A stretch of DNA of 64,000 bases, from positions 64,001-128,000 of the forward strand of contig CBDHHL010000032.1 of assembly GCA_965263355.1 (NCBI GenBank), written 5' to 3'. Positions 61,001-64,000 of this stretch are shown here, piece by piece (the stretch's first letter is position 1; each line of letters opens with the position of its first letter). This DNA is from Leptolyngbyaceae cyanobacterium (GTDB lineage Bacteria > Cyanobacteriota > Cyanobacteriia > Phormidesmidales > Phormidesmidaceae). The notes beneath the pieces were generated by a model. That model had not been told where the DNA came from and ran no database searches. It saw only the letters and a program-made list of their open reading frames with translations. Made by a program: the position numbers and the translations under genes.

Positions 61001-61927
61001 AATTAATTTCAAAAATTCTGGGGGACTTTGAAGTCCCGACTCGACTGAGCACTCGCCGAACGTTCAGGATTCCGGGTTGAGTTTTTTTGCATGTCATCCT
61101 GGCGATGGCTCTGTGTAATTTATTTTGCCTACTTACTTACAAATATTTTAGGTTCTACCAGATTTTTTTGAGAAAGCACACCATCTAACGCATTGCAATG
61201 ATCATCGACATAACTAGAGTCTCTAATCTCGCATAGTTTAAGCATTAGCAACAAGGGAAATGATAGTGCTGTTCTCTTCTATGAGAAGAGTATCAACGAA
61301 GGAACAATGGCAACACGACGCTTTTATCCAAGACCTACGACCGTTTGATCAACCAGATGAATAGGTTAGGAAAGGACCTATAGAGATATTGTTGGACATC
61401 AACTCTTAAATGGATAGCCGTTTTGTTTCATGTTGACTAAAATCTTCTATGGACAGGGGGTGTTCCTATTTTTTTATTGGCCTCATAAATCAACTCAGCT
61501 ACGGGCTGACTATGCAATGTTATTGCTACGTTCCTTTGTAGACCGACCTTCAATAACACTGGACGCATTTATTTTTTTTCTCTCAGCAATTAAACTATTA
61601 AGTAGTTCTCTAAAAAGCTGTGATGTATATCAAACATTGAATACGAAGATTCTGATGCCGCATCAATATATGGCTCATTATTTCACTCGTAAAAATAAAT
61701 TTCATCAAAAAGATTTTATTAAGAAGCCACGACATTCATAAAGTTAGTAGGAATAATTCTATGAACACTTCATAGGATGTTTGTAATGCATGGAGTTTGT
61801 CCAAGTTGACACCCTAGGTTCACTGGCGAACACTCAAGTTCAAGGATGAACAATGCCTGTGCTAAAGCTCTTTGAGGCAACCTAGGGGGATTTTTTATAT
61901 AATTGCCGTTTCTTCAGTCCATACGTC

Positions 61928-62422
61928 TTGACTATGGTATTTGTTAGCACCAAACCCACCCTACCGCGCTGGCTCTGCGAAAACGTTTTGTTAGGCACAC
62001 TGCCCTGGCAGCATGGTCTATGTCAGGCTTATAGCGATTTCAGTCAAGTTTACACATTGCACGATTCCTATTTATTAGGCACTTATCAAAGTGCTGAAAC
62101 CTATGGGGAAACTGTTCTTTGTTTACTCTGGGATGCCCTATGGTTGCCTGAAACCATTACCCGTCAAGCTCACCAGAGCGAACCTATCTTTTTATTGATT
62201 AAGACAACCAAAACCCTGGGTATTGCTTTATCTGAAGGGACTTTACCTAAACCTGAGAAGCAAATCCGTCGCATTCTCAAAGCAGAGCATGTTGAAGTGG
62301 ATGACCAAACCGTTTTGGTGATTGATGACACTCAGAGAAATACATTGACAGTTGTATTTTCAGGACAGTTACATTTTCTAGCGGTAGATAACAAGCGACG
62401 GATTCTCAATCTGGCGATGTAA
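61928..62422 (+). CDS. Hypothetical protein
   Basis: 164-aa ORF with plausible composition (YTLHDS...WDALW); no motif recognised. Confidence 0.6.
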   Translation: MTMVFVSTKPTLPRWLCENVLLGTLPWQHGLCQAYSDFSQVYTLHDSYLLGTYQSAETYGETVLCLLWDALWLPETITRQAHQSEPIFLLIKTTKTLGIALSEGTLPKPEKQIRRILKAEHVEVDDQTVLVIDDTQRNTLTVVFSGQLHFLAVDNKRRILNLAM

Positions 62423-62563
62423 ATCACTTCTCAGTTGAAACCTGTAGATTCTGCACCGGAAAAATAATCGTTTTTCTAAATATGGACAAGGTTTAAACTT
62501 CGTCTAATGCCTGTAATCAAGGGCATAGCCAGCTACACTAGGGTCAGGTTAACAAATGTAAAC

Positions 62564-64000
62564 ATGCCCCTACTAACGAATGCTCGCTCATCTCACAATC
62601 GGCCAAAGGTTGTCGTAATCGGAGCTGGTATTGGTGGCCTGACATCGGCTGCCCTCTTAGCCAAGCGTGGCTATCAAGTGTATGTATTTGAGCAGGCAAT
62701 GGTGCCTGGGGGATGTGCATCGACCTTTCGACGACGGGGATTTACATTTGATGTGGGGGCCACCCAAGTTGCGGGTCTCGAACCTGGGGGAATTCATCAT
62801 CAAATTTTTTCAGAGTTGGGATTGGAGCTGCCTGTTGCTGACCATTGCGACCCGGCCTGTGCAGTTTTCTTGCCAGGGGAAACGATACCAGTGACTGTTT
62901 GGCGGGATCCACAACGTTGGCAAACGGAACGTAAGCAACAGTTTCCAGGGAGCGAACCATTTTGGCAAAAACTGAATGATTTATTTAGCTATAGCTGGCG
63001 GTTTCAAACTCGACAACCCATGTTACCCCCGCGCAGTCTATGGGATAGCTGGCAATTAACCAGGGCGCTAAGGCTGGATACACTGTGGACGGTTCCCTAT
63101 ACTTTTTCCACCGTAGGGCAATTGTTAAAAGGATATGGCCTTGACGAAAATCGACGACTAAAAACATTTCTAGATCTTCAACTCAAACTGTATTCCCAGG
63201 TAGGGGCTGACGAAACAGCGTTATTGTATGCAGCAACTGCGCTTGGCGTGTCCCAGGCTCCCCAAGGATTGTTTCACCTCCAGGGAAGTATGCAAGTCCT
63301 GAGTCAAGCTTTGGTCAAAGCAATTAAACAGTTTGGAGGAGATATTTTTCTAGGGCATGGGGTGGAGCAGATTCAGTTGGAGAATGGCCGACCAAGATTT
63401 GTCCGCATTCGTCATCAAAATAGCGATGAGACCTGGCTAGAATCTGCTTATCATATAGTGGCCAATGTTACTGTGCAAAATTTGACAACACTATTGGGTG
63501 AGCAAACCCCACCAGGCTATCAACGACGGGTGGATAAACTGGTACCGTCATCAGGGGCGTTTGTGGTGTACCTCGGTGTTGAGCAAGCGGCAATTCCTAA
63601 AAACTGTCCGCCCCACTTACAGTTTCTCTATGACTATGATGGCCCCATTGGCGAAAATAATTCCTTGTTTGTGTCGGTAAGTCGTTCAGGGGATGGGCGC
63701 GCTCCGACCGGAAAGGCAACTATCGTAGCTTCATCATTTACGGATGTGCAAGCATGGCAGAAGTGTAATGACTATGGGGCGTTAAAGGCTGACTATGAGC
63801 GGGATGCGATCGCAAAACTCAACCAGTTCTTCAACCTCGACCCGTCCCATATTATCCATGTAGAGTCTGCAACACCTCGCACATTCCAACGCTATACCGC
63901 TCGCCATCAGGGCATGGTCGGCGGTATAGGTCAGCGATTATCCACGTTTGGTCCCTTTGGCTTCGCCACCCGTACCCCCATCCCTAAGTTGTGGTTAGTG
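62564..64000 (+). CDS. crtD: Carotenoid C-3',4' desaturase CrtD (partial, runs off the window)
   Basis: My translation from the ATG at 62564 gives VVVIGAGIGGLTSAALLA...GGCASTF...FDVGATQVAGLEPGGIH. The frame matches the end of the window, GMVGGIGQRLSTFGPFGFATRTP. It is missing from the ORF track because there is no stop in the window. Confidence 0.9.
   Translation, partial: MPLLTNARSSHNRPKVVVIGAGIGGLTSAALLAKRGYQVYVFEQAMVPGGCASTFRRRGFTFDVGATQVAGLEPGGIHHQIFSELGLELPVADHCDPACAVFLPGETIPVTVWRDPQRWQTERKQQFPGSEPFWQKLNDLFSYSWRFQTRQPMLPPRSLWDSWQLTRALRLDTLWTVPYTFSTVGQLLKGYGLDENRRLKTFLDLQLKLYSQVGADETALLYAATALGVSQAPQGLFHLQGSMQVLSQALVKAIKQFGGDIFLGHGVEQIQLENGRPRFVRIRHQNSDETWLESAYHIVANVTVQNLTTLLGEQTPPGYQRRVDKLVPSSGAFVVYLGVEQAAIPKNCPPHLQFLYDYDGPIGENNSLFVSVSRSGDGRAPTGKATIVASSFTDVQAWQKCNDYGALKADYERDAIAKLNQFFNLDPSHIIHVESATPRTFQRYTARHQGMVGGIGQRLSTFGPFGFATRTPIPKLWLV

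Noticed and set aside
61430..61741. 103-aa ORF in the long intergenic region
   Set aside because: AT-rich with an implausible composition and no motif; probably spurious.
62667..63680. Short ORFs listed in the track near the window end
   Set aside because: They lie within the crtD reading frame, which the track missed because it has no stop in the window.

Overview
A 64-kb chromosomal window from a cyanobacterium, probably a filamentous Leptolyngbya-like strain. This is inferred from the scattered HIP1 octamers (GCGATCGC), the panC-cmk fusion, crtD and a hepC-like gene. From left to right it holds: (1) the start of a divergent ureABC operon; (2) a patch of gene debris made of a TIR-domain pseudogene fused to a 5'-truncated membrane gene and an Rpn-like tail; (3) housekeeping genes (panC-cmk, rlpA, purM, prohibitin, a Ser/Thr kinase, a HEPN protein, a GPH-family MFS transporter, a phosphoribosyltransferase, a WD40 protein); (4) an IS1634 remnant with a cluster of REP-like palindromes; (5) the most striking locus, a P-loop ATPase gene followed by a ~5.9-kb NLR-like gene (degenerate NTPase-like domain, TPR, STAND NTPase, TM, WD40). 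Its 14 near-identical 123-bp WD40 repeats differ at only a few codons, are interrupted by an AT-rich PPC-domain insert, and carry several frameshifts that may be assembly artefacts; (6) a two-partner secretion operon (TpsB, two TpsA, a TPR-CHAT protease) followed by two exported unknown proteins; (7) a ~21-kb Wzx/Wzy-type exopolysaccharide cluster with two sulfotransferase-like genes, a methyltransferase and an acyltransferase; (8) crtD, running off the end. I could not support any rRNA, tRNA or CRISPR array. All protein family calls come from motifs read by eye; no database search was run.
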